This document shows positions 1 to 9,644 of a DNA stretch of 64,000 nucleotides, in pieces. The notes under the pieces were generated by a model. It worked only from the letters and a program-made list of their open reading frames with translations, had not been told where the DNA came from and made no database searches. Source of the DNA: Spirochaetia bacterium (GTDB lineage: Bacteria > Spirochaetota > Spirochaetia > CADAEX01). Positions within the stretch are counted from its first letter, which is position 1, and the number at the start of each line of letters is the position of its first letter. The translations under genes were made by a program, and so were the position numbers. The DNA is taken from NCBI GenBank assembly GCA_963662795.1, contig OY759746.1, forward strand, positions 480,001 through 544,000. The letters run 5' to 3'.

Positions 1-1102
1 ATATAACAACACATCTTTCAATGCAATTCTTAAACTCACGGATATTTCCCTGCCATTGATAATTTTTCAAATAATTCAAAACTTTTCTGTCTATTTTTAA
101 GATATTTTTATTGTACTTTTTATTAAATAAATGAATAAAAAAATTTGCCAATTCTTCAATATCATCCTTTAATTCATTAAGTGAAGGCATAATTAAATTT
201 ACCCCGTTTATCCTGTGATAAAGGTCAAGTCTAAATTTATTTTCCTTTATCATTTTAATTAAATCCTTATTGGTTGCTGTAATTATTCTGATGTCAACAG
301 TAATTAGCTTGCTTGATCCAATAGGTGTAAATTTGAAATCTTCCAAAAATCGCAGCATTTTTGCCTGTAGAGAGTCCGTCATATCCCCAATTTCATCAAG
401 AAAAAGAGTACCATTTTTAGCTTGTTCAATTTTTCCAATTTTTCTATCATTAGCTCCCGTAAAAGCACCTTTCTCATAACCAAAAAGCTCACTCTCCAAT
501 AATGATTCGGGGATTGCCGCACAGTTAATACAAATAAATGGTTTATTTGCGCGATTACTTACATCTACAATATGTTTGGCAATAAGCTCTTTGCCTGTAC
601 CACTTTCCCCCTGAATGAGGACAGGGATATTTGTTTTTGCAAACTTTTCTGCAAGTCTTAGATTTGTTTGATATTTGTTATTTTTAAAAAATGAATAAAT
701 ATAAGGTTCTTTTAATTTAAAATCTTCATAAAGGGGAAGATTTTGTTTTATTAGAACAAGTAATTCATTAAAATTAAATGGTTTTACCAGATAATCAATT
801 ACTCCCAGTTTAAATGCATTACGGGCACCATCTAAAGATGCATATGCTGTCATTAGTATAATTGGTATTTTCTTTTTTATCTTTTTTATGAATACAATAC
901 CTGACATGTTAGGCATTACAATATCAGATAATATAAGATCTATGCTTTTTATTTGGTCTATTATTTCCAAACCTTTATTTGCATCATTAGCAATAAAGAT
1001 ATTAAACCCTTCTGTTTCTAATAGCTTTTTTAATGATAAACACATTCCTGGCTCATCATCAACAACTAGAACATTATAAGTTTTTTTTCCGTTTAAAATC
1101 AT
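1..1102 (-). CDS. Sigma-54-dependent response regulator (NtrC family), runs off the window start
   Basis: Not in the ORF track; translated manually from ATG 1102. Receiver N-terminus (NVLVVDDEPG), Walker A GESGTGKE, INCAAIPESLLESELFGYEKGAFTGA, LFLDEIGD, WQGNIRE. Confidence 0.93.
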   Translation of the reverse strand, partial: MILNGKKTYNVLVVDDEPGMCLSLKKLLETEGFNIFIANDANKGLEIIDQIKSIDLILSDIVMPNMSGIVFIKKIKKKIPIILMTAYASLDGARNAFKLGVIDYLVKPFNFNELLVLIKQNLPLYEDFKLKEPYIYSFFKNNKYQTNLRLAEKFAKTNIPVLIQGESGTGKELIAKHIVDVSNRANKPFICINCAAIPESLLESELFGYEKGAFTGANDRKIGKIEQAKNGTLFLDEIGDMTDSLQAKMLRFLEDFKFTPIGSSKLITVDIRIITATNKDLIKMIKENKFRLDLYHRINGVNLIMPSLNELKDDIEELANFFIHLFNKKYNKNILKIDRKVLNYLKNYQWQGNIREFKNCIERCVVI

Positions 1103-1150
1103 CTTATCAACACTTTACTATAGTATTTCAATAAAAAATACTTATTATTA

Positions 1151-1789
1151 CTAATAAATATTTTCATTTACGCTATTCTCTTTTAGCTTTTTTAAAAAAT
1201 TAGCTGCATAAACTCCATCAATAATCCTATGGTCAGCAGATAAATTTAAGCTAACAATATCATCGTCAGATTTTGAACCTATCCCAATGATTGCCACTTC
1301 AGGATAATTAATTATTGGATTAAATCTTTTAATGCCATAACTTCCTAAATTTGAAATCGTAAAAGTGCCGTTTGACATATCCATCAAGTTTAATTGATGA
1401 CTATTTGCTTTTTTAATAATTTCTACAAATTCATTTGCAATTGCATAAATTGTTTTTTTATTTGCGTTTTTTATATTTGGAACAAATAACCCATATTCTG
1501 TGTTTATTGCAAACCCTATATTTATTTCATTATGGATATTAATCATTTTGTCATCTACTGAAGCATTTAAAAGAGGGAAATCATTTAAAGTTACTGAACA
1601 TAATTTAATCATAAAGGGAAGAAATTGAATATTAATATTGTTATTCATTTTAAAATTATTTTTTAGTCTATATATTTCACTTACATTAAGTTCAATTTCA
1701 TAATCAACTTTAGGAATGATTTGCCAACTCTGACTCATTTTTGTGGCGATCCTCTTTCTTATGCCTTTAATTATTATTGGGGTAGACAT
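1151..1789 (-). CDS. Stand-alone 2-oxoacid dehydrogenase E2 acyltransferase catalytic domain
   Basis: GTFTISNLG, PIINYPEVAI and catalytic DHRIIDG motifs; no lipoyl or subunit-binding domain; GGAG 8 nt upstream of the ATG. Confidence 0.9.
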   Translation of the reverse strand: MSTPIIIKGIRKRIATKMSQSWQIIPKVDYEIELNVSEIYRLKNNFKMNNNINIQFLPFMIKLCSVTLNDFPLLNASVDDKMINIHNEINIGFAINTEYGLFVPNIKNANKKTIYAIANEFVEIIKKANSHQLNLMDMSNGTFTISNLGSYGIKRFNPIINYPEVAIIGIGSKSDDDIVSLNLSADHRIIDGVYAANFLKKLKENSVNENIY

Positions 1790-1794
1790 GTTTT

Positions 1795-2037
1795 TTACTC
1801 CGAACAGTCAATATAGGCAATAACATCACCAGCTGTCACGTCTTCACCTTCGTTAAATTTAATTTCTGTCAGAACTCCATCAAATGGACATTCAATTTCA
1901 TTTACAGCTTTATCGCTCTCAACTGTTAAGAGTATTTCTCCCTTTTTTACTGCTTGTTGTTCTTTTATTTCCCATGAGACAATATTAACTTCTTCGTTAA
2001 TTTGACCGTACTTTGGCATTTTTATTTCACGCAACAT
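1795..2037 (-). CDS. Stand-alone lipoyl carrier domain protein
   Basis: 80 aa with IKMPKYG and the VESDKA lipoyl-lysine motif; GGAGG RBS. Confidence 0.9.
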   Translation of the reverse strand: MLREIKMPKYGQINEEVNIVSWEIKEQQAVKKGEILLTVESDKAVNEIECPFDGVLTEIKFNEGEDVTAGDVIAYIDCSE

Positions 2038-2047
2038 AATTACCTCC

Positions 2048-3067
2048 TCAAATATTTAACATATCCAATATTTCTTTTTCAATTTTTTCTTCACCAGGAA
2101 TAACATATTTTTCCAAATCTGGAGAACAGGGGATTGGAATATCCATTGTTGTTACTTTTTTCACTGGACTGCACAATATTTTATAATTTTTTTCATAAAT
2201 AATTGATGACAACTCAGAACTCCAACTGCAAAAACCATTATCTTCGTCAACAATCATAAGTTTTTTTGTTTTTTTGACAGAACTGTCAATTAATTCTATA
2301 TCAAGTGGAACTAAAGTCCTGGGATCTATTATTTCAATATCAATTCCTTTTTTCTCATAAAGCCTCTGGCAAATTTTAATAGTTTTTTTAAGTAAAAGTA
2401 AAGTTGCAACTATTGTAAGATCTTTTCCTTTTCTTCTTATAATACCTTTACCAAATGGCGTTATTTCTTCAATTACACCTGATGAATCCTCTTCTTGTTC
2501 AACAGCACCTTTTTCTAATCTTCCTCCACCATATAAAAGCTTATGCTCTAAAAATAGTATAACGCCATTTGATCTAATAGCATTTTTCATTAACCCTTTT
2601 GCATCCTGAGGTGTAGACGGAACTACAACAGTTATTCCTGGAACATGACAAAAAAAAGCTGCTGGAGTTTGTGCATGCTGGGCTCCTCTAGAAGTAGCAC
2701 CTACCGGCGCTCTAATAATCACTGATATAGTATTTTTTCCACCTGACATAAATCTAATCTTTGCGGCCTGATTAACGATTTGATCCATAGCACAAAAAAG
2801 AAAATCCGAATATTGCACCTCGGTTATCGGTTTAAAACCCAACAGTGATACACCAACAGCAGAACCAATTATTGCTGATTCTGATATGGGTGTATCGATA
2901 ATTCTTTCATGCCCATATTTTTCTGACAACCCTTTAGTTACTGTAAAAGGGCCTCCCCAACCTCCAGTTATTCCAATATCTTCGCCAAGACATATTACTT
3001 TTGGATTAATATCCATTTCTTCATCTATAGCTTCATTAATAGCTTTTGCAATTGACAGTTTTTTCAT
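2048..3067 (-). CDS. ThDP-dependent dehydrogenase E1 beta subunit (acetoin/pyruvate dehydrogenase-like)
   Basis: GEDIG, IIDTPISESAIIG, DQIVNQAAK, FLEHKLLY, IDPRTLVPLD. Confidence 0.93.
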   Translation of the reverse strand: MKKLSIAKAINEAIDEEMDINPKVICLGEDIGITGGWGGPFTVTKGLSEKYGHERIIDTPISESAIIGSAVGVSLLGFKPITEVQYSDFLFCAMDQIVNQAAKIRFMSGGKNTISVIIRAPVGATSRGAQHAQTPAAFFCHVPGITVVVPSTPQDAKGLMKNAIRSNGVILFLEHKLLYGGGRLEKGAVEQEEDSSGVIEEITPFGKGIIRRKGKDLTIVATLLLLKKTIKICQRLYEKKGIDIEIIDPRTLVPLDIELIDSSVKKTKKLMIVDEDNGFCSWSSELSSIIYEKNYKILCSPVKKVTTMDIPIPCSPDLEKYVIPGEEKIEKEILDMLNI

Positions 3068-3084
3068 ATTATTTATACACCTAT

Positions 3085-4029
3085 TTATAAAAATTCAAAT
3101 ATTCTCGTTTTATCAAGCAAATTACTTTCTTCCGCAAACTTAACAGCCTCATTTATCTCTTTTTCAATTTTAATATCAATTTTTTTCATTTTTTCTTCAA
3201 GAAATATGTTATCTCCAATTAATTTTTTCTTGAATATATTAATTGGATCATTTTTCCCCCATTCCTCTTCTTCTGCTTTATCACGATAACTGCATGCATC
3301 ATTTCTAGAATGCCCTCTATGCCGATAAGTTCTATATTCTATAAGAGTTGGTCCGTCACCATCACGTGCCCTGTCAATAGCTTTTTTAGCAATTTCCATT
3401 ACTGTATCAATATCATTACCAAAACCTGTTACACCTGGAATCCCATAACTTATTGCTCTATCTGATATTTTTTCAATATTAGTAGTTTTCTTATAATATG
3501 TAGATGCTGCATATAGATTATTTTCACATATAAACACAACCGGAAGTTTATAAACAGAACAAAAATTTATTCCTTCATGAAAAAAACCTTGATTACTTGC
3601 TCCATCTCCAAAAAAACAAACTGCCACATTTTTATTATTAAGTAATTTTAATCCCAGACCAATACCGGCAGAAATAGGTATATTTGCACCTACGATAGCA
3701 TTTGAAGTAACGATCCCTAAATCAATATTTCCCAAATGCATTGCTCCACCCAAACCTTTACAACAACCATTTTCTTTTCCGTATAATTCAGCCATGATTT
3801 CCCTCATAGTCATTCCTTTGGCAAGGCAATGTCCAACTGGTCTATGAGTACTTAAAATATAATCTTCTTTGGTTAATAAATTACAAACACCTACGGCTAT
3901 TGCTTCTTGTCCCTGGGATTGGTGAACTGTTCCTGGAATTGCATCTTGAAGAAATAAATAATAAACCGCATCTTCAAACATTCTAATTTGTTTCATTTTT
4001 TCATATAAAAATAGTTCTTTTTCCAACAT
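3085..4029 (-). CDS. ThDP-dependent dehydrogenase E1 alpha subunit (acetoin/pyruvate dehydrogenase-like)
   Basis: GQEAIAVG, STHRPVGH, ThDP motif GDGASNQG...ENN, TYRHRGHS. Start moved to ATG 4029, which follows a GGGGA RBS. Confidence 0.93.
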   Translation of the reverse strand: MLEKELFLYEKMKQIRMFEDAVYYLFLQDAIPGTVHQSQGQEAIAVGVCNLLTKEDYILSTHRPVGHCLAKGMTMREIMAELYGKENGCCKGLGGAMHLGNIDLGIVTSNAIVGANIPISAGIGLGLKLLNNKNVAVCFFGDGASNQGFFHEGINFCSVYKLPVVFICENNLYAASTYYKKTTNIEKISDRAISYGIPGVTGFGNDIDTVMEIAKKAIDRARDGDGPTLIEYRTYRHRGHSRNDACSYRDKAEEEEWGKNDPINIFKKKLIGDNIFLEEKMKKIDIKIEKEINEAVKFAEESNLLDKTRIFEFL

Positions 4030-4045
4030 ATTTTGATTCCCCAAT

Positions 4046-4085
4046 TGGCAGAGGGTAGTCTTTAATTAACGACTACCCTCTGCCA
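4046..4085 (-). terminator. Intercistronic stem-loop (15-bp perfect stem)
   Basis: TGGCAGAGGGTAGTC (4046-4060) and GACTACCCTCTGCCA (4071-4085). No U-tract, so more likely an mRNA stability or processing hairpin. Confidence 0.65.
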
Positions 4086-4093
4086 GTTCAATA

Positions 4094-5458
4094 TCAAACA
4101 TCAATAAAAAGTTTATCCTGTAATTTTCTTAGTTGATGTACTAATGTATCTGTGTTTTTCATTTCAACATCGTTATAAGTAATAGCATTACCCTTCTTTA
4201 TCTCTTTCTTCAATACACACCCTTTAGCTAAACCAAAAGGAAGGAGATTATCATTTCGTGCAATTATAGCTTTCTCTATTCTTCCGGCAGAATAAAAACC
4301 GCCAATCTCATCAATAATATCTCCTGTTTTCAGATCTTTCTTTGCAATTGTTATTGTTTCTGCATATCTTTTTTCCGGTAGTGGGGCAACAGATGCTTGA
4401 TTATAGAGTGCTGCATAAGCAATTGATATAGGAGCTGTATTTCCAACCCAATGAATTGGTTCATACCAGACCCAGTTAGGACCAGGTCCACCGGAACCAT
4501 GGTATTTCAACCCTTCAGTTGCGGCTGTTACTTTTGAAGTTACTACAATAAAGCATAAAATTGTACCCACACCACCAGGAATACCTACCATTTCAACAAC
4601 ACCTTTTTGATTTAGTAAACCACCATCCTTTTTCAATGCAAATTTTGCTGCAGCATTTTTCTGAAAATCCCCATCAAATGCAATTAATGGACTATGTGTA
4701 CCTCTTACATCAGGGACAAGTCCTGTGGCATTTGCCAGCATTGTCAATTCTTCACTGGTTTTTGATCCATCATTAAATGATGCAAACATATATGGATTAA
4801 TTGGCATTGTTTTAGGATCAAATCCTCTTTTTTTTGCTCTTCCTTCAATCAATGTTTTTACAGTATCGGGATTCCAGTTTAAATCTGAGTTACCAGTATC
4901 ACCTCTTCCAGCCGCAACAACTTCAAATCCCAGGGAAGTTGCCTGATCGTATAATAATTTAATAACTCCAGGTTCATCTCCATAAATACCTGTGTAGGTT
5001 ACTCCGGCAGTGTCAGCAAGCATTTTAAGAATATGTCCAACAACGACATCCATTTCTACACTCATAGATACTACATGTTTTTTTCTTCTAATAGATTCAA
5101 AACAAAAATTAGTACCTACTTCAACATTTCCAGTACATTCAACAACCACTTGTATTTCTTTAAGTGCCAAAAGTATTTTGAAATCTTTAGTTACTACTAC
5201 TTTTTTATTTCTGATTGCCTTTTCTGCTTCTTCAAGATTTTTACAAATTGCTATTTTCTCATCACTTACACCTGACAATTGTAATACCTTAACACATTTG
5301 TCTGTATCGATATCGACAACAATTTTTACATCCATTCCAGGAGACATAGTTGTCTGCCCACAAAGATTCATTCCCATTGCACCGGCTCCGACAATGCCAA
5401 CACCTATTGAACACCCATCATTCTCCATTTGTTGAAGTTTAGTATTAAGACCAAACAT
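4094..5458 (-). CDS. NAD(P)-dependent oxidoreductase, homoserine dehydrogenase-like with C-terminal SAF domain
   Basis: Rossmann VGIVGAGAMG, VVVECTG, GDEPG, FNDGSKT, C-terminal AKKDLKTGDIIDEIGG and LLPFGLA (COG4091-like). Confidence 0.85.
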   Translation of the reverse strand: MFGLNTKLQQMENDGCSIGVGIVGAGAMGMNLCGQTTMSPGMDVKIVVDIDTDKCVKVLQLSGVSDEKIAICKNLEEAEKAIRNKKVVVTKDFKILLALKEIQVVVECTGNVEVGTNFCFESIRRKKHVVSMSVEMDVVVGHILKMLADTAGVTYTGIYGDEPGVIKLLYDQATSLGFEVVAAGRGDTGNSDLNWNPDTVKTLIEGRAKKRGFDPKTMPINPYMFASFNDGSKTSEELTMLANATGLVPDVRGTHSPLIAFDGDFQKNAAAKFALKKDGGLLNQKGVVEMVGIPGGVGTILCFIVVTSKVTAATEGLKYHGSGGPGPNWVWYEPIHWVGNTAPISIAYAALYNQASVAPLPEKRYAETITIAKKDLKTGDIIDEIGGFYSAGRIEKAIIARNDNLLPFGLAKGCVLKKEIKKGNAITYNDVEMKNTDTLVHQLRKLQDKLFIDV

Positions 5459-5466
5459 TTTTCCTC

Positions 5467-6231
5467 CTAATTAATCGATTTATATATTTCATTATACATT
5501 ATTGTATAATCTTCAATGTTGAGACCACTTCTACCAACAAATACACCTGATACATTATTTGTATTTATTATTTTTCTTATATTTTCAACTGAAACACTTC
5601 CGCCATAGAGAATGATAAATTTTTCATCATTCTTTCCATATATTTTATTGATATAGTTTTTTATAAAAGTATGCATATACTCTATGTATTTTTGATCTGC
5701 ACTATCCTTAGTTCCTATTGCCCATACCGGTTCATATGCAAAAATTATTTTTTTTGCATCATTGATTGTTATTCCGTATAGTGCTTCTTTCAATTGAAGT
5801 TGCAATATTTCTTCACTCAAGCCTTTTTCCTTTTCATCCTGATTCTCACCTATGCAAAAAATTGGTATTTTGCCATATCTAATTATTGCTTTTAGTTTTT
5901 TATTAATTACACTATTTGTCTCGGCGAAATATTTCTTTCTTTCTGCATGGCCCACCTCAATATATTCAACTCCTATTTTCACCAACTCTTTAATTGAAAC
6001 TTCTCCTGTGAAAGCACCATTATCTTCATACCATCCATTTTGGGCTCCTACCTTAACACCTGATTCATTTAAGATTAAAAGGACATCTTTGATAGCAGTA
6101 AGAGATGGCAAAACAAATAGTTCTACTTTATCATTTTTCAATTTAAGATTTTTAATTTTTAAAGCAAGATCTTTCGCCTCATTATCGCTCAAATACATTT
6201 TCCATCCACACCCAAATATTTTTTTCTCCAT
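5467..6231 (-). CDS. Triosephosphate isomerase family protein, non-canonical (erythrulose-phosphate isomerase-like)
   Basis: AYEPVWAIG and LYGGSV are present, but GCGWKM, GHAER and GVFVGRS replace the canonical GNWKM, GHSER and GALVGGAS. Confidence 0.85.
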   Translation of the reverse strand: MEKKIFGCGWKMYLSDNEAKDLALKIKNLKLKNDKVELFVLPSLTAIKDVLLILNESGVKVGAQNGWYEDNGAFTGEVSIKELVKIGVEYIEVGHAERKKYFAETNSVINKKLKAIIRYGKIPIFCIGENQDEKEKGLSEEILQLQLKEALYGITINDAKKIIFAYEPVWAIGTKDSADQKYIEYMHTFIKNYINKIYGKNDEKFIILYGGSVSVENIRKIINTNNVSGVFVGRSGLNIEDYTIMYNEIYKSIN

Positions 6232-6256
6232 TTAACACCCTCCAATGTTTTTATTT

Positions 6257-7039
6257 TTAATGGAATTCTCTTCCACCTGTTATATTTACTGATTGACCTG
6301 TCATAAAACTGGTTTTATCAGAACATAAAAATACAGCCATATTTGAAATATCATCACATTTACCTTTCCGTTTTAATGGTGTATTTTCTATTGTGAGCTT
6401 TTTTTTCTCTTCAATTGAAATATTTAATAATTTTGCCATATTCTCTGTTACTTTATCATTCATCCCAGTATCAATACTTCCCGGACAAATTGAATTTATA
6501 TTTATCCCATATTCCCCCAATTCACGGGCAAGACTTTGAGTAATATTTATAACAGCACTTTTAGATGCACTATATACTGTTTCGAATAAGAACCCTGTTT
6601 TTCCTGCTTGAGAAGCAATATTCACAATTTTTCCATATCGATTTTTTTTCATGTTGTTAATCACGGCCTGACAACAGAAAAAAACACTTTTTACATTTAT
6701 ATTGAATATTTTATCCCATATTTCTTCTGTTATATCTTCAACCCGACTAACATCAACAATACCAGCTGAATTTATTAGTATATCAATTCGTTTAAATTGT
6801 TCACAAATATTCTTAACTTCTTCGTCTACTCTATTTTTATCTGTAATATCAATTTTTATTGCCTGAAGATATTTTCCATTTTTTTGATTTTCCTCTATAT
6901 TTTTAATCGTATTATCGATATTAATATCAAAAATAAAAACTTTTGCTCCTTCCTTCACGAGTTCTCTGGAAATTGATAAACCAATACCAGCCCCTCCACC
7001 AGTGACAACTGCAATTTTATCTTTTAAAAACAGTTCCAT
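6257..7039 (-). CDS. SDR family oxidoreductase (polyol or polyol-phosphate dehydrogenase-like)
   Basis: VTGGGAGIG, NSAGI, YSASK, TGQSVNITGG. Start set at ATG 7039. Confidence 0.88.
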   Translation of the reverse strand: MELFLKDKIAVVTGGGAGIGLSISRELVKEGAKVFIFDINIDNTIKNIEENQKNGKYLQAIKIDITDKNRVDEEVKNICEQFKRIDILINSAGIVDVSRVEDITEEIWDKIFNINVKSVFFCCQAVINNMKKNRYGKIVNIASQAGKTGFLFETVYSASKSAVINITQSLARELGEYGININSICPGSIDTGMNDKVTENMAKLLNISIEEKKKLTIENTPLKRKGKCDDISNMAVFLCSDKTSFMTGQSVNITGGREFH

Positions 7040-7040
7040 A

Positions 7041-8012
7041 TCAACCTTCAATATTTTCTTTTTTCTTTAACAAACTATCTATTGCAACTGCAAATATAAT
7101 TAGAATACCAACTACAATTCTCTGAAAAAATGGGTTTACTCCAACAATATTTAGTCCATTTAATATTACGCCGTAAATCAAAATACCAAACCCAGTTTTA
7201 ACCATTGATCCTCGGCCACCAGATAGACTTGTCCCACCTATTACAACTGCAGCAATAGCATCCATTTCCAACCCTGAACCAGCAGATGATTCAGCAGCAT
7301 TCATACGCATCAGAAGAATAATTCCGCCAATCGATGTCATCATTCCTGATAACATATAAACGAATACGGTATTTCTTCTCACTGAAATGCCACTGATTTT
7401 TGCAGCCAGCGAGTTGCCGCCAATTGCATATATTGAACGACCCAATGTTGTATAACGCATTATCAGAATAAAAATAATAAAAATAATTATCACAATAAAT
7501 ATTATTGCTGGAACTCTTATCCATGTATTAGTTGCAAGATATCTGAAATTTTCTGGCAAAGGATAAATTGTAGAACCCAATGTATAAGTCAATTGAAGGC
7601 CTTTTGCAATTCCCATCATACCTAATGTTGCAACTAAAGGCGGTATTTTAAGAAAAACTACATTAACTCCATTAATACCTCCTAAAGCAATTCCTATAAG
7701 AATTGCAACTGAACAAGCTACTAAAATACTATTACCGCTTTTTAACATCCCAGCACAAATTGCAGATGTAACAGCTAACACAGACCCTACTGACAAATCA
7801 ATTCCACCAGTTAAAATTACTAACGTTTCTGCTATTGCCACAGGAGTTAATATTGATATTTGTAAAAAAATATTATAAATATTTCTTTCAGATAAAAATC
7901 TTGGCTCTGCAGTAAAAAATAATATAATCAAAATAAACAAAGCTAATATGAGTGGACTTTTATTTATCAATTTTAAAACTGTATTATTTTTCAACCTATA
8001 GGTATTTTTCAT
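7041..8012 (-). CDS. Monosaccharide ABC transporter permease (RbsC type)
   Basis: GGIDLSVGS, GRSIYAIGGN, IAAVVIGGTSLSGGRG; GGAGGA RBS before ATG 8012. Confidence 0.93.
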   Translation of the reverse strand: MKNTYRLKNNTVLKLINKSPLILALFILIILFFTAEPRFLSERNIYNIFLQISILTPVAIAETLVILTGGIDLSVGSVLAVTSAICAGMLKSGNSILVACSVAILIGIALGGINGVNVVFLKIPPLVATLGMMGIAKGLQLTYTLGSTIYPLPENFRYLATNTWIRVPAIIFIVIIIFIIFILIMRYTTLGRSIYAIGGNSLAAKISGISVRRNTVFVYMLSGMMTSIGGIILLMRMNAAESSAGSGLEMDAIAAVVIGGTSLSGGRGSMVKTGFGILIYGVILNGLNIVGVNPFFQRIVVGILIIFAVAIDSLLKKKENIEG

Positions 8013-8047
8013 ATAATCCTCCCCCATTGCTGTCTGTATAAGTATTT

Positions 8048-9574
8048 CTATGCAGTAAGTATAGATAATAACTTTTGTTCATCTCTTACCTCACCATTTT
8101 TATATTCTCCAATTATTTTTCCTTTTTTCAGGACAATGAACCTGTCAGGTACTTCAAGTATTTCAGCAAGCTCTGATGAAACAAATATTATCGATTTTCC
8201 TTTTTCTGCTTCGGATTTTAGTAAATTATAGATCTCAAATTTCGCTCCCACATCTATTCCTCTTGTTGGTTCGTCCAAAATTAATATTTCCGAATCAGCA
8301 AGCAACCACTTTCCAAGTACAATTTTTTGCTGATTCCCACCACTTAAATTTGCAATTAGTATTTTAGCATTAGCTGGTTTTACACTTAATTCATTAACAA
8401 TTTTATTTGCAAATATTTTTTCCTTTTTTAAATTGATAAACCCTTTATAGTTTTGAAATATTTTCAAACTGCTTAACGTTATATTTTTTGCTACGCTGAG
8501 AAATGGGATAATGCCTTCAAGTTTCCTATCTTCTGTTATAAATCCGATTCCATTTTTAATACTGTATTTGATACTTCTGGATTTTCTTTCTTTACCGTGA
8601 ATAAAAACGCTGCCTCCATTTGATTTATTAATACCATATATGATTTTTAATATTTCAGTTTTACCACTACCGAGTAGACCGGTTATTCCCAGTATTTCTC
8701 CTTTCTTCAATTTAAAACTTACATCATCAACCTTTTTTTCGTATTTGATGTTTTTTACTTCTAAAATAATTTCATTTGGTCCATTATATATCCTTGATGC
8801 ACCACGGCGTATATTTTTTGTACCCAACATTTTATGTATCAATAAATCTTTATCAATTTCAGTTGTTTTAAATATTCCCTCACTTCTTCCGTCTTTTAAA
8901 ACCAATATATTATCACTTACTGCTATAACTTCATCTAAAAAATGAGAAACAAAAATTATTGCGACATCTTTTTTCTTCAATTTCTTTATATGCGTAAAAA
9001 GGAATTTTTTTTCATTTTCTGACATACTAGAAGTTGGTTCATCAAGAAGTAATACTTTTGAGTTCAATATTAATGCTTTAATTATTTCAATAATTTGTTT
9101 ATTAGCAGGTGTTAGTTCTGAAACGCAAGTGCAGGGACCAACATCCTCTAAATTAATATCAAGATATTCAATATATTTTTTCACTAAATTGTTTATGCTT
9201 TTCCAGTTAATAAATGGCGATTGATTATTCCAAGCTCCAAGAACAATATTTTCTGCAACAGTTAGATTTGGACACAATGCACTTTCCTGAGATACATAAG
9301 CTATTTTATATAATTCACGTGCTTGATGAGGTGAACTGATCTCAATATTTTTTCCATTAATTAATATATTACCTCCATCGTTATTATAGACACCAGTTAA
9401 TATTTTTATTAATGTTGATTTACCTGCACCATTCTCACCGACAATACCCAATATTTCACCACTGTTAAGTTTAATTGAAACCTGATCAAGTGCTTTAACA
9501 CTCAAAAAATTTTTACTAATATTTTGCATTTCAAGGTAATTTTTAGTTTCTGTATTTTCCTGGTTAGTGTTCAT
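8048..9574 (-). CDS. Monosaccharide ABC transporter ATP-binding protein (RbsA type)
   Basis: GENGAGKST, LLDEPT, LSGGNQQK, DEPTRGIDVGAK; two ABC domains. Confidence 0.95.
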   Translation of the reverse strand: MNTNQENTETKNYLEMQNISKNFLSVKALDQVSIKLNSGEILGIVGENGAGKSTLIKILTGVYNNDGGNILINGKNIEISSPHQARELYKIAYVSQESALCPNLTVAENIVLGAWNNQSPFINWKSINNLVKKYIEYLDINLEDVGPCTCVSELTPANKQIIEIIKALILNSKVLLLDEPTSSMSENEKKFLFTHIKKLKKKDVAIIFVSHFLDEVIAVSDNILVLKDGRSEGIFKTTEIDKDLLIHKMLGTKNIRRGASRIYNGPNEIILEVKNIKYEKKVDDVSFKLKKGEILGITGLLGSGKTEILKIIYGINKSNGGSVFIHGKERKSRSIKYSIKNGIGFITEDRKLEGIIPFLSVAKNITLSSLKIFQNYKGFINLKKEKIFANKIVNELSVKPANAKILIANLSGGNQQKIVLGKWLLADSEILILDEPTRGIDVGAKFEIYNLLKSEAEKGKSIIFVSSELAEILEVPDRFIVLKKGKIIGEYKNGEVRDEQKLLSILTA

Positions 9575-9600
9575 AAAAAATTCCTTATAATATTTTTATT

Positions 9601-9643
9601 AAATATTGTGATGCAGTGAATCATCCACTGCATCACAATATTT
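9601..9643 (-). terminator. 18-bp perfect stem-loop downstream of the substrate-binding protein gene
   Basis: AAATATTGTGATGCAGTG (9601-9618) and CACTGCATCACAATATTT (9626-9643). Confidence 0.7.
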
Positions 9644-9644
9644 C

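Noticed and set aside
270-1079. Plus-strand 69-aa and 63-aa ORFs from the track
   Set aside because: They are antisense to the NtrC-family gene, which the track missed because it runs off the window edge.
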